This document shows, piece after piece, positions 49,185 through 61,226 of a stretch of DNA of 64,000 nt. A model generated the notes under the pieces. It searched no databases. It was not told where the DNA came from and was given only the letters and a program-made list of their open reading frames with translations. This DNA comes from Takakia lepidozioides (Eukaryota > Plantae > Bryophyta), in assembly GCA_030704615.1 (NCBI GenBank), contig CM060734.1, positions 27,528,001 through 27,592,000 on the forward strand. The letters run 5' to 3'. Position 1 is the first letter of the stretch; every line of letters begins with the position of its first letter. Made by a program: the position numbers and the translations under genes.

Positions 49185-52100
49185 ATTGGTTGAAGAACAC
49201 CTGTAATTTCTGAACTCTTGCCAAGTTTGAATTATGTTGTGCCGATGTTCACTCGTAATCTGAGAGCAGAGAGAATGCAGGCCTTTTATCCATTTGGTAT
49301 TCAAGTCCAAGGATAGAACTACATTGTAGAGGGAGAGCCTTATGAGAATGGGTCTGGTATGCGCACTCCCTTACGGGGTGAGTGCATACCAAACTCACTC
49401 CATAAGGGACTGCCATACCAGGGGTTGGATGGTGGGTGCCCCCCCTCTCCCTCTCTCCAATTATCTGTTTGGGATTAACAATTTTTTTCCTAAGCCTATC
49501 TGGTTTGGAAATTTATTGTCTTGAACTTTACCACCGAGGATGTAGCCTGCAATTTTTCATCCATTACATCCTTCCTCGATGTAACCATAACAGATGTAAG
49601 CCTAAGAGGATGTAACCTTAATGAAAGTGCAAAATTTCATTCCCAGTGGATGAAATCGGCGGATGGTTTGCCTAACCGTCTCTCTGCCCTAAGCACAGCA
49701 CGATACTCGTGCTTGTTTTCTCTGGTGGAGGGCGATGGCGGCCGAGTGCTCGAGCAGCACGATCTGCGCGCGCTTGTTTTTTTTAATGCGCGATGGCGGC
49801 AGGTACTTCCATTTCCCGTGCTGGCAAACGACCTACTGCTGTGTTTGCCTGCAATCTTTCGCATTCATGAAGCGGCGGCGCTCTTAAGGAGACGGAGGAA
49901 GTTAAGTTGCACTTTGTAAAGATGCAATTTTCCTCAAGTCTCCCATTTTGTTGCATTCTATTGTGATCTCTTGAGATTCAGATGTTGAACGCCGCAGCGT
50001 CCCACTCACAAACGATTAAGGTTCTTAGTGGTGTCGCATCTTTGTTCTTCTTTTGATCAATTTGCTCACTGTAGAATGCATGTTGGACATGGATAGCAAC
50101 TGCGAAGACCTGCTACTCGCTTGGTGCATCCTCACTAACACCCATCTTGATGTGGTGGTTTTGGGGACGGGCACAGGTGAGGGCCTTCACTTAATATGTA
50201 TCTTTCAGTTTGCAGATGATCAAAAGACTTGGCGATGGGTGACGATTGACGCTGAATACTGCTTCAGCGGGGCATCCGATACGATTTGTTTTGTTTTTTT
50301 ATGATTGCAACCAACTGCTTCTGTTGAACAATATGGCAATGTGCTGAGCTTTATAGAATACAGACGTTCTATTAAGACTCGAGGGTTTTCAACCTGATTA
50401 TAAGTCGGTTTTTCTAGCATGATACCAGTATGAACTTTGGCATCATATTGATATGGTGCTGGAGTAACATCTCCAGACCTAAAGCTATCCAGTGATGCTT
50501 AAAACAGGCCTTCTTATGTTGTTTTAACATGGTAAGTACCAAGGAGTACTTTTTGGACATTGAGGTTAGAGTTCTAAGACTAAAACAGTCACGACTACAC
50601 TGCTCTAATTAGAGATTACCAAGCTGCTGGCATGATGGGCTTTTCGGATTACATAACATCTGTTTTAAGGTTGCCAAAGCAATGCCTTTGGAACCACCCT
50701 TTGAGCAAATTACAGGCTGTCTGGTCTGATTATCAAGCAGGTCTTTGGAACTACGTTCTGAATTTAGAACAGAATGTCTAAGCTGTTTTGGCTCGATGGC
50801 TTTTCAGACTACATACTGGCTGCTTTAGGTGTACCAAGCAGCATCTTTGAAATTAAGCGTTGAGTTTAAAACAGGCCAAGCACCTGGCATGACGGGCTTT
50901 TCAGATTACATAACATCTGTTTTAAGGTTGCCAAGCTATGCCTTTGGAACCACCCTTTGAGTCTGAAACAGATCTGGTTTTACTGTTTTAACTTGTTTAA
51001 GGCAGATATATTCATTGTTTTAGCTCGAAGAATACCAAGCAGATGTATTGAAGGGCTTTGCCAAATTACCACCGTCTGGTCTGAGTTACGAAGCAGGTTT
51101 TTGGAACTACTCTCTGAGTTTAAAACAAAACTGTCTAAGCTGTTTTGGCTTGATGGATTACATAATGGCTGCTTTAGGTGTACCAAGCAGTATCTTTGGA
51201 ATTAACCATTGAGTTTAAAACAGGCCTGGTTACGCTATTATAAGTTTGAAAAGTACCAAGTAGTACTTTTGGACATACCCAGTGATTTGAAAGCAAGACC
51301 TTTGCACACTGTTTTGACTTGGAAAAATACCAAGCAGTGGGCTGGTCTGGCTTTTTCAAAATACATAATTCAAACTGGGCTTTTTGGAATACCCTCTGAG
51401 CTGGTGTTGTCCATAAAGTTCTGATTATGCTCAATGTAGCACTCCTGCTCTGATTGAGTTTTGGAGAGATGATGGAAATCCAGATCCAGACCTTTATGCA
51501 TTCATGGAACATAGACTAAATTATCAGGTTGGGCTTTTGGATTGCAACACCTGGCACTCGTTTTTAAAGGCTCAAGTGTTTCTGCTGATGGTAGTACCAA
51601 GGGTGGTGTTTGTCCTGGTTTTTTTTTTTTTTTTTTTTTTAAACGAGACTCCTTCAATGATGAATGACATCTGAATCCAGGGTGATGTTGTCTTGGAAAT
51701 CCCACCCTCCACCCTAACTTTTCATGTACTTCCAGGAAGATGACATGAGTTTCTATCAAGTAGATACTGTCTATGCGAGGTGAAGTTAGATAGTGCCTCG
51801 TCATGAAGCTGATTTGTCTTTATTTGACAATGACAGCACTTGTCTTGTCTGTGCCTTGACAAGACATATTTATCTTCCCTCTGTTTTTTGCCCAGTGTAC
51901 TTAGTGGTTCTGTACACACTATCTACCTCTCACTTGTCATTTTCCAGTCTTCTTACTTTGATGTTCTAACACCTTTAATGGCTTTTGCGGAGGTCTGGCA
52001 AAGCCATGGGGTATCAGCCCCCTATACCTCCATAACAATAATATGGAGCAACAAATCCCTCATAAGGTATGATCCTCTCCAGCAAAAATATGTTGGTTGA

Positions 52101-53648
52101 TTGGGCATGGAGAGTAAGGCATCCTCGATGGTACCTGAAATAAACGTAGAGCATCTAAATGACTTCTGAATGATGATATTATGAGCTAGGCCTTGGTAAG
52201 ACAGCCTGCTAGAGTATATGTACTGTACACCTTATACATGATCCGGTCAATGCACATTACTCTTGTTAGCTGGTCTCCTGTAGCCGATGCCTTATGTCAA
52301 TTTTAGATACCTTACGATACGAGCGACTTCCGTGTCCTTGGCTCAAGTGCTTCCATGTTCTCCTGGTTATGGCTTTGCTCTTTGTAGCACCAAAAAAAGT
52401 ACCCAATCTTACTATGTTGCTGGAAGATGGCTTGTTTGAATCAGGGGCAGTAGACTACTGCCAGTGGCTGAAGAACACAAGTTCTTATTCATACCTTTGG
52501 GTAAATTGGTTCTAACCAAAAAGTTGGCTGATATGGTGGGAAGATGTGCAGTAGTCTGCTGCCATTGGTTGAAGAACACCTGTAATTTCTGAACTCTTGC
52601 CAAGTTTGAATTATGTTGTGCCGATGTTCACTCGTAATCTGAGAGCAGAGAGAATGCAGGCCTTTTATCCATTTGGTATTCAAGTCCAAGGATAGAACTA
52701 CATTGTAGAGGGAGAGCCTTATGAGAATGGGTCTGGTATGCGCACTCCCTTACGGGGTGAGTGCATACCAAACTCACTCCATAAGGACTGCCATACCAGG
52801 GGTTGGATGGTGGGTGCCCCCCCTCTCCTCTCTCCAATTATCTGTTTGGGATTAACAATTTTTTCCTAAGCCTATCTGGTTTGGAAATTTATTGTCTTGA
52901 ACTTTACCACCGAGGATGTAGCCTGCAATTTTTCATCCATTACATCCTTCCTCGATGTAACCATAACGGATGTAAGCCTAAGAGGATGTAACCTTAATGA
53001 AAGTGCAAAATTTCATTCCCAGTGGATGAAATCGCGGGATGGTTTGCCTAACCGTCTCTCTGCCCTAAGCACAGCACGATACTCGTGCTTGTTTTCTCTG
53101 GTGGAGGGCGATGGCGGCCGAGTGCTCGAGCAGCACGATCTGCGCGCGCTTTGTTTTTTAATGCGCGATGGCGGCAGGTACTTCCATTTCCCGTGCTGGC
53201 AAACGACCTACTGCTGTGTTTGCCTGCAATCTTTCGCATTCATGAAGCGGCGGCGCTCTTAAGGAGACGGAGGAAGTTAAGTTGCACTTTGTAAAGATGC
53301 AATTTTCCTCAAGTCTCCCATTTTGTTGCATTCTATTGTGATCTCTTGAGATTCAGATGTTGAACGCCGCAGCGTCCCACTCCAAAACGATTAAGGTTCT
53401 TAGTGGTGTCGCATCTTTGTTCTTCTTTTGATCAATTTGCTCACTGTAGAATGCATGTTGGACATGGATAGCAACTGCGAAGACCTGCTACTCGCTTGGT
53501 GCATCCTCACTAACACCCATCTTGATGTGGTGGTTTTGGGACGGGCACAGGTGAGGGCCTTCACTTAAATGTAATCTTTCAGTTTTGCAGATGATCAAAA
53601 GACTTGGCGATGGGTGACGATTGACGCTGAATACTGCTTCAGCGGGGC
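49185..53648. repeat. Tandem duplication, period about 3379 bp (49185-50273 matches 52564-53648)
   Basis: Near-identical 1.09-kb segments; the second is interrupted by the gypsy LTR. Degenerate internal repeats at 50450-51420. Confidence 0.92.
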
Positions 53649-54715
53649 TGTTAGAGGACTGTAGGGGACTTAGACACTTATACGGGATCTGTAGGGTACC
53701 CTTAATTTTTGCACAGACTGAGACAAACAGGAACCTTAGGGGTGACAGCAGCGCACTGTAGAGGGGGTTACATAGCCCACACAGCCGACACAGCAGTCAC
53801 AGCCCACACAGCCAATACAGCCCGTCACAGTCGTCACAGCCCACACAGCCGACACAGCCGTCACAGCCCACACAGCCGTCACAGTCGTCACAGCCCACAC
53901 AGCCACAGCCCGTCACAGTCGTCACAGCAGACACAGCCACAGCAACACAGCCCGTACAGCCCACACACCCGTCAAGTCGCACAGCCACACAGCCCACACA
54001 GCCCGTCACAGTGTCACAGCCAGTCACAGCCCGGCACAGCCACACAGCCAGTCACAGCCGACACAGCCAAACACAGCCAGTCACCGCTTGACACAGCTGT
54101 CACGATAATAGGGAATGAAGAGTAGGACAGGGAACGACTGTGGGGAACAACACCAGTGAAGGGAACATGTTAGTTCACATACGACGGTTAGAGAGGGAAA
54201 CGGTTAGAACCGCGGATAGGAGGATAAAGGGAAGAACGGGGAATAGGAAGGGATATTATTCGGGGAGGACTCGGAGACAGGCGGGAGCGGAGATCGGAGA
54301 GCACGATGAAGGAGGAAAAGAGGATTAGTAGATGCTTGTCATATGCAAAGCTAGAGTGATATGTAGAGCAGATTAGAGACATAATGGATTCGGCCTGATA
54401 CCTGATAAATCATAATCTGATACTTATACGATACAATCACACTGTGTAGAGAGATCTGAGTGAAGCTGTGGATTGAATGGAGGAGTTAAGGAAACCGATA
54501 AATTGATGAAGCAAACTGATACTTAATTATCAATGGTAAGGTAGCTAAGATGAATGCGGAAAAGGAAACAAATAGGAAACACCCCCATGATACACTAGCT
54601 GTAGGTCATGACTGATTGTTCTGCGCGGGCTGAGTACTTAGAGATTTCCAACTCTTCTATCTTGGAGTTTCCGCCTCGGATAGCGAAGGGATGGGTGAGT
54701 AAAAGCCGCGCGACA
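53649..54715 (+). repeat. 5' LTR (TG...CA) with CACAGC low-complexity tract
   Basis: TGTTAGAGG...GCGCGACA; homologous to 16292-17333. Confidence 0.92.
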
Positions 54716-54717
54716 TT

Positions 54718-54735
54718 TGGCGACCATACTGGGGA
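54718..54735 (+). promoter_or_regulatory. Primer binding site, resembling tRNA-Arg type
   Basis: TGGCGACCATACTGGGGA starts 2 nt after the LTR end; the tRNA identity is inferred. Confidence 0.75.
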
Positions 54736-54779
54736 CCTGGGACATGAACAACCAGATGTGACAGGCATCTGGTGGGATC

Positions 54780-57700
54780 ATGGTGGTTGGGCCATTAAGA
54801 GAATTTGAAGTGAATCAAATTCCCTGTGGAACGAAGGAAGAAAGATTGTCCAAACAATTCTTTCAAAGGTTCTTGGAATTGCCAGACGGATGTAAAGAAA
54901 ATATTCTTAAACGAGTGCATGATGCTGATCCAGAATGGGGTCTGGAGAAAGGAGTGATAAAGATTTATCAGGTAGCCTGTAGAGGAAGAGCACGTTGGTT
55001 ACCAACATTAGTTTATGTGATAGCGTTGCTATCCATTAAACGAGTAGAGAGTTGAAGGTTGGGAAGAAAGAAAGGTGAATGTTTATACTCATATGCATGA
55101 AGAGCTTGTACTGGTAAAGAATTGGATTCCAAAGGATATTTTGTGGATCAAACTCACACCAAGAACAGCTTTTCAGACTTGTTTGCCATATGGTTATATG
55201 GTAACGGAGACTTCAAGTATAGCCAAGGGTGCATTGAAGCTTGAAAGAAATCCAGGCATATACGAGAGATATTACAGAAGAGAGTTTTGGTTATTGCCAC
55301 ATTAAAAGAAATGAAAGACATGGGACATGAGTGATGAAAGAGAAGCTAGACGACAAAGATATTCATCAAAAAGAGAAAGCTATCTGAAAGCTAATTATCC
55401 ATATCTTTGGAGAGAGGAATAGACATAGGGGAATCATCTGGACCTCTCACACCATCAAGATCAAAAAGTGCATCACCTATACCGGAAGAAACTAGAGTTG
55501 GATGCCACTCCTTCTGTTTCTTTGCAAGAAAGATTAAGGGAATTGGTACAGGAGAAGATCAATCACGAGGTGGTGAAAGATCTGAGGTACATCCTTGGAT
55601 AAAGACTTGACAGAAATCTTTGATAAGAGTTGGCATGGAACACCAAAAGCAGGAACTCCAGTTTCTGAAGCAGAAGATGAAGAAGGAGATGAGGATGTGT
55701 GGCAGAGCCAACGGAGAGTTCAGACTCTCCAACACCATTACAGTTGAGTTACATGAGTGAAGAAGAAACCCAAGGGCAGAACTTGGAGGATTGAAAACAG
55801 AGAGAAGAATTGGAAAGGGAAGAATATGAAGAAGTAGACCAACAGCTGAGGTTGAGACTACAACCAGGACATCCCAACCCGTTGGACCTGGATCAAGTGG
55901 AGCACTTGGATCACAGGCCAACGAAGGTGTCGGCTCAGGGGGATCAGGCGGGCTGCCTGGATCTGGCTCTGGGGGGACAGGGAGTGTGGGAAGTAGTGCA
56001 ACTGAAGCTGGGAATACTGTGAATATCGTGGGCCAGAAGCAGGGAGTGCTCAAGGGCCACCACTTGGTGGAAGATCCACCACAAAAACAACAGGTCCAGA
56101 AGGACCAGCACCAGCAAGGGTGCCAGCACCTGTCAGTGGGCAGAAGGTAGGGCCACAGATGGCGTTACAACCAACACGGGCAAAACCACCCTTTCCAATA
56201 TATTCAGGAAAGGGGATCCCGATGTACACATTAGCCAATTTGAGCACATGTGTATAGTGAACAATGAGAATGGCGATGATGCCAAGATGAGACTGTTTCC
56301 TTGTTCACTTATCAAGAAAGCAAGTGAATGGTATGCAAGATTCCTGATAATTCATTTCCTAACCTGGAATGGCTTGAATACAGCATTTCGAAAATAGGTT
56401 CAGGACAAGTAAAAAGAGGATGAAGTGTATGGAAGTTTACAACAGCTGAAGCAGAAGAAGCATGAAACTGTTGAAGAGTATATGGAGAAGATGGAATTGA
56501 TGATGAAAAAGCTGGCTGCAGTACCAGCACCCGGTTTTACAGAAGACTTGGTTTGTGAGTGGACTAAGACCAGAGTTGCAAGAAAGTGGATATGTTACCC
56601 CATAATACAGTGGAGGAGGCATTTGAAACTGCCAAACAGAATTGAGCAATTGGGAATGCTCAGGAGAGGAGAAAAAAGGAAGATGAGGACTCTGAAGATG
56701 AGTCAGATGAAGAAGAAGAGAGCAAGAGACTAAAAAGAAAGAGTAGAGAAGGAAAAGTTGAAAGAGGGATAACTATGAGAAAAGATTGGAAGAAATCTTG
56801 AAGAAGTATGCCACAGAGGCTGCAACACATTGGAGGAAGGGTGTATGGTGTGCAAAAGTGCCAGAATGAGGCCATACCACTAACAGAATGCCACATGAAG
56901 GAGAACACTGTACTATCTGTAAAATGGGATAACCATTCTATGAGAATTGTTACTACAACAGAAATGACAGCGCAAGAGAACCTAGGCAAGTGAGGGTGCA
57001 TCAGGTGCAGCCCCAGCCAAGAAGAAGCAATGATCAGGACCACTATGGTAGGTCTGGTGGTATAACAATGGCATGGAAGGGAGAGGTAATTCAAGAGGGA
57101 ATTACCAAGGAAATTCCAGAGGCAACTATCAGGGTAATCCAAGGGGGAATTACCAGCCCGGGAATCAGGATTATAGAAATAATCCAAGACCAGACCAAGG
57201 GCGAGGACCCAATGGTGAAGAGCTATGTTACTATTGTAATCAGCCAGGACATCGCAAGGCAGCCTGTTCATTCTGGATAAGACACCAGAATGAGATGAGA
57301 GCTCCTGTGAATGAGGGCCCAGTGGTGGCAGCTCACATGGTTAGGCCATGTGTTGTACCAGAAGTAAGTACAATGATAGTAACAAGAAGTAAAGCCAAAC
57401 TAATACCTCCAGTAGAAGAGGAAGAAGATGAGACTGAAAGTGGCAATGATATGCCTGAAGATGAAGAGACTTGGAAGGATGAGAAGGAACTGCACAAGGA
57501 AGTGGCAGATACTATAAGGGAAATGCAAAAGAGTACGGATATTCCTGTGGCAGATTCCTCTGATTCGGATGGAGAAAAAGAGGGGAGTGAGGAAGAAAGG
57601 AAAAAAGAAGATGCAGACATGCAAAGTAATGAAGAGACTTTGGCTGAAGTAATATGTCAGACCAAAGCAGAAATTACCATTGGACAGCTATTAGCTGTGG

Positions 57701-58551
57701 CACCTTATTGTAGGCACAGGCTGTATCAGGCAATCAATCGAATTGCCCAAGAGACAGGAAACACAGACCTGAACAGCAAGGTGACCAGTTATAATGTGAA
57801 GCCGGAAGGGCGAGAACCAGTCATGGACTTTGATGATTCTATGCCAGTAATCCAATTGAGAATTGGAAGCACAGAACTAACTGATGTACTGATAGATGGT
57901 GGTTCTGGAGTAAATATCATGACAGACCAATTAAGGAAGAAGCTTGGTCTAAGTAACATGAAACCAGCCCCATTTACAGTAACAATGGCAGATCAAAGAA
58001 GTGTACAGCCATTGGGATTAATAAGAGGAGTTAAGATACAGATACAGAAAATGATCTTTATGATCACAGTAACTGTATTAAAAATGGATGAAGTCATGGA
58101 GGCTTACTCCTTATTATTGGGACGTCCGTGGCTGAAACAGGCAAGGGTATTCCATGACTGGAATTCTCAGTTACTAACTGTGCATAATGGGATGCACGAG
58201 ATACAAATTACCACAAAGAAATCTAGTAGATTACCTGCTACAAGAAGACCTCGAGGAGTCAGAGAGTATGACTGGAAGGGAGGACTGGATGAGGAGCAGG
58301 AAGCTACCCTATTTGCTGCACACCCAGAATGGGAGCAGGTTGCAGAGATGCGGCTGGAAAGCCTAAGTTGTTTGAGAGGTATCTGCTGTGGTGTAGTGAC
58401 AGCAACACCAACTGAAGAAGAAACCAGCATTTACCCATCACATTTCTATGAAGAAAGAGAAGGAGAAATAGAAATCCTAGAAGAACCAGCCACTGTGAGC
58501 TTACAGGATGAAGTGGTGACGGTTGGACAATCACAGCTGATGAGCAGGTGA
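54780..58551 (+). CDS. gag: gag (frameshifted) with CCHC knuckle + aspartic protease
   Basis: FSGKGDPDVHISQFEHMC..KMRLFPCSL; LQQLKQKKHETVEEYMEKM; CYYCNQPGHRKAAC; VLIDGGSGVNIM..LLLGRPWL. The start is approximate. Confidence 0.85.
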
Positions 58552-61226
58552 GAGAAGTAAATGTGGGAACTCAGGAGGAACCGAGGATGGTGAAAGTAGG
58601 AGCTGATTTGGAGCCGGAATTCTTCGAAGAAGCAAAAAGCTTGTTCATCAAATACAGAGATGTATTTGCTTGGAGCTATGAGGATCTAAAAGGGATACCA
58701 CCTGAAGTCTGTCAGCATAAAATTGAACTGGAACCAGGGTCAGTACCAATCAAACAGGCGAGGTATAGAATGAATCCCAACTACGCACAGAAGGTTGGAG
58801 AAGAGATAAAGAAGTTGGCTGAGGCTAAGTTTATATACCCAATAGAGTATACAACTTGGTTGTCACCCATTGTTATAGTTCCCAAGAAGAATGGCAAACT
58901 AAGAGTATGTGTGAACTATAAGAAGTTGAATGCTTGTACGAAGAAAGATCCTTTCCCTTTGCCATTCACAGAAGCAGTATTAGACACTGTGGCAGGCCAT
59001 GAGATGTACTCATTCATGGATGGCTTCAGTGGTTATAATCAAGTGCAAGTGGCAGAAGAAGACCAAGGGAAAACAGCTTTCATCACAGACTGGGGGGCTT
59101 ATGCATACAAAGTCATGCCCTTTGGGCTTTGTAATGCACCAGCGACCTTTCAGAGAGTGATAAGTGAATCTTTTCAAGAGTATCTGGATGATTTCATGCA
59201 GGTGTTTTTGGATGATTTCAGTGTGTACAGCTCTAAGAATGAGCACTTGCATAAATTGGAGTTATGCCTGGCCAGATGCAGGATGAGAGGTCTGGGCTTG
59301 AACCCAGAGAAGTGTACTTTCTGTGTGAACTCAGGGGTGCTTCTGGGACACATTGTGTGTAAGAAGGGACTCCTTGTGGATCCCAGGAAGACAGAGTCCA
59401 TTAAAGCCTCTCCACCACCAGTGAATGTTAAGAGTTTAAAGAGATTCCTTGGGCAAACCAGTTATTACAGAAGATTTGTCAAAGGGTATGCACAAATAGC
59501 AGCACCATTGAGCAAGCTTCTGAAGAAAGATGCAGTGTTTGCATGGACAGCTGAATGTCAACAGGCGTTTGAGGAACTTACACTGTCAGTAACAACTACA
59601 CCTGTGCTGATTAACCCTCACTGGCATGTAGTATTTCATGTTCACTGCGATGCATCAGGAGAAGCGTTGGGAGCGGTGTTAGCCCAGAATGTTACAGGGA
59701 ATATAGATTCACCTGTGTACTATGCTAGCCGGTTGATGAACAGTGCTGAGAGGAACTATAGCACAACGGAAAGAGAAGCATTGGCAATGATCTATGCAGT
59801 GAAGAAATTCAGGCATTACCTATTGGGAAGAAAGTTTATGTTTTATGTGGATCACCAGGCTCTGATATATCTGGTGAACAAACCTTTGATAAGTGGAAGG
59901 ATAGCGAGGTGGTTAATAATCTTGCATGAGTTTGAGTTCGAGGTTATTTACAAGCCTGGCCGTTTGCATCTTGTGGCAGATCATTTGTCACGACTAACAA
60001 CAGGAGAGGCCGCCACAGGAGTGGACGATCAGTTACCTGATGCGAGTTTATTTGTAATGGAGGTGCAAGGAAGTGCAGATGAATGGTTAGATTGGCAGTG
60101 GCCAATCAGATACTACCTTGTTCATGGTCAGTGCCCACCTAGTTATGGTAAGGAGCAGAGGAAGAGAATTGCTATCAGAGCTTTACCTTATACTATGGTA
60201 GGAAGCAGAATGTATAAGTTAGGACCTGATGGAGTACTAAAACGATGCTTGTACCACCATGAAGTAAATAAAGTCTTGGAGGAAGTTCATAAAGGAGTGG
60301 CTGGAGGTCATTTTGGAGAAGAGACTACCAGTAGAAAGATACTACTCGCAGGATACTGGTGGCCTACTTTGTTCAAAGATGTACATGAGTATTGTCAGAA
60401 GTGTGATGAATGTCAGAGGCTAGGACCTTTGCAGAGATCTGGAAGAATGGCCTTGCATCCTACAATGCCTACGGAACCATTTCAGAAATGGGGACTAGAC
60501 TTTGTTGGACCAATTAATCCACCATCCAAGAATACACAAAACAGGTACATAATTACAGCCACTGATTATACTACAAAGTGGGTGGAAGCTAAAGCTTTGA
60601 GGGACAACACAGCCAAGTCCACAGCAAGGTTCCTGTACGAGAACATACTTACACGATTTGGATGTCCCTTAGAATTTATCAGTGATCAAGGAAGTCACTT
60701 CATGAATGAGACCATTGAGTTATTGACTAAAGAGTTTATGATTGTGCATAGAAAGAGTACAACATATTACCCACAGGGTAATGGACAGGCAGAGGCTACC
60801 AACAAAATACTATGTACTATCTTGGCTAAGATAGTCAATGCAAACAGAACGGATTGGGATACAAAGCTGCTGACAGCTTTATGGTCATACAGGACTTCGT
60901 ATAAAGTCACCACAAAGTATACACCATTCCAATTAGTTTATGGTATGGAAGCCTTACTTCCAGTGGAATTCCTGTTACCTACCATGAGAACGGAGTGGGG
61001 AAAAAGAATGGAATTGCAAGACTCCATCAAGGTCAGGAAACATGAATTATACCATGTGGAAGAAGTACGTGCTGATGCAGCGGATAATATGACCAGAATT
61101 CAGATGAAGCGAAAGGAACAGTTTGATGAAGGCAAATTAAAGACTTTTAAGACGGGGGATTTGGTTCTATGGTTGCAGAAGAAAGGAAAGATTCAAGCTT
61201 CTAAGCTTAAATCACCATGGAAATGA
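58548..61226 (+). CDS. pol: pol: reverse transcriptase, RNase H, integrase
   Basis: MPFGLCNAPATFQR, FLDDF, CDASG..YSTTEREALA..DHQAL, H..GGH..C..C, WGLDFVGP, SDQGSHF, GQAEATNK. Confidence 0.97.
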   Translation: MREVNVGTQEEPRMVKVGADLEPEFFEEAKSLFIKYRDVFAWSYEDLKGIPPEVCQHKIELEPGSVPIKQARYRMNPNYAQKVGEEIKKLAEAKFIYPIEYTTWLSPIVIVPKKNGKLRVCVNYKKLNACTKKDPFPLPFTEAVLDTVAGHEMYSFMDGFSGYNQVQVAEEDQGKTAFITDWGAYAYKVMPFGLCNAPATFQRVISESFQEYLDDFMQVFLDDFSVYSSKNEHLHKLELCLARCRMRGLGLNPEKCTFCVNSGVLLGHIVCKKGLLVDPRKTESIKASPPPVNVKSLKRFLGQTSYYRRFVKGYAQIAAPLSKLLKKDAVFAWTAECQQAFEELTLSVTTTPVLINPHWHVVFHVHCDASGEALGAVLAQNVTGNIDSPVYYASRLMNSAERNYSTTEREALAMIYAVKKFRHYLLGRKFMFYVDHQALIYLVNKPLISGRIARWLIILHEFEFEVIYKPGRLHLVADHLSRLTTGEAATGVDDQLPDASLFVMEVQGSADEWLDWQWPIRYYLVHGQCPPSYGKEQRKRIAIRALPYTMVGSRMYKLGPDGVLKRCLYHHEVNKVLEEVHKGVAGGHFGEETTSRKILLAGYWWPTLFKDVHEYCQKCDECQRLGPLQRSGRMALHPTMPTEPFQKWGLDFVGPINPPSKNTQNRYIITATDYTTKWVEAKALRDNTAKSTARFLYENILTRFGCPLEFISDQGSHFMNETIELLTKEFMIVHRKSTTYYPQGNGQAEATNKILCTILAKIVNANRTDWDTKLLTALWSYRTSYKVTTKYTPFQLVYGMEALLPVEFLLPTMRTEWGKRMELQDSIKVRKHELYHVEEVRADAADNMTRIQMKRKEQFDEGKLKTFKTGDLVLWLQKKGKIQASKLKSPWK

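Noticed and set aside
50300-52560. Exon-like host gene fragments in the tandem unit
   Set aside because: No recognisable protein motif could be read.
58520-58551. Programmed frameshift between protease and RT
   Set aside because: The second copy reads through in one frame (VVVGWTITAEEQVRE), so this is a private 1-nt loss or a sequencing error.
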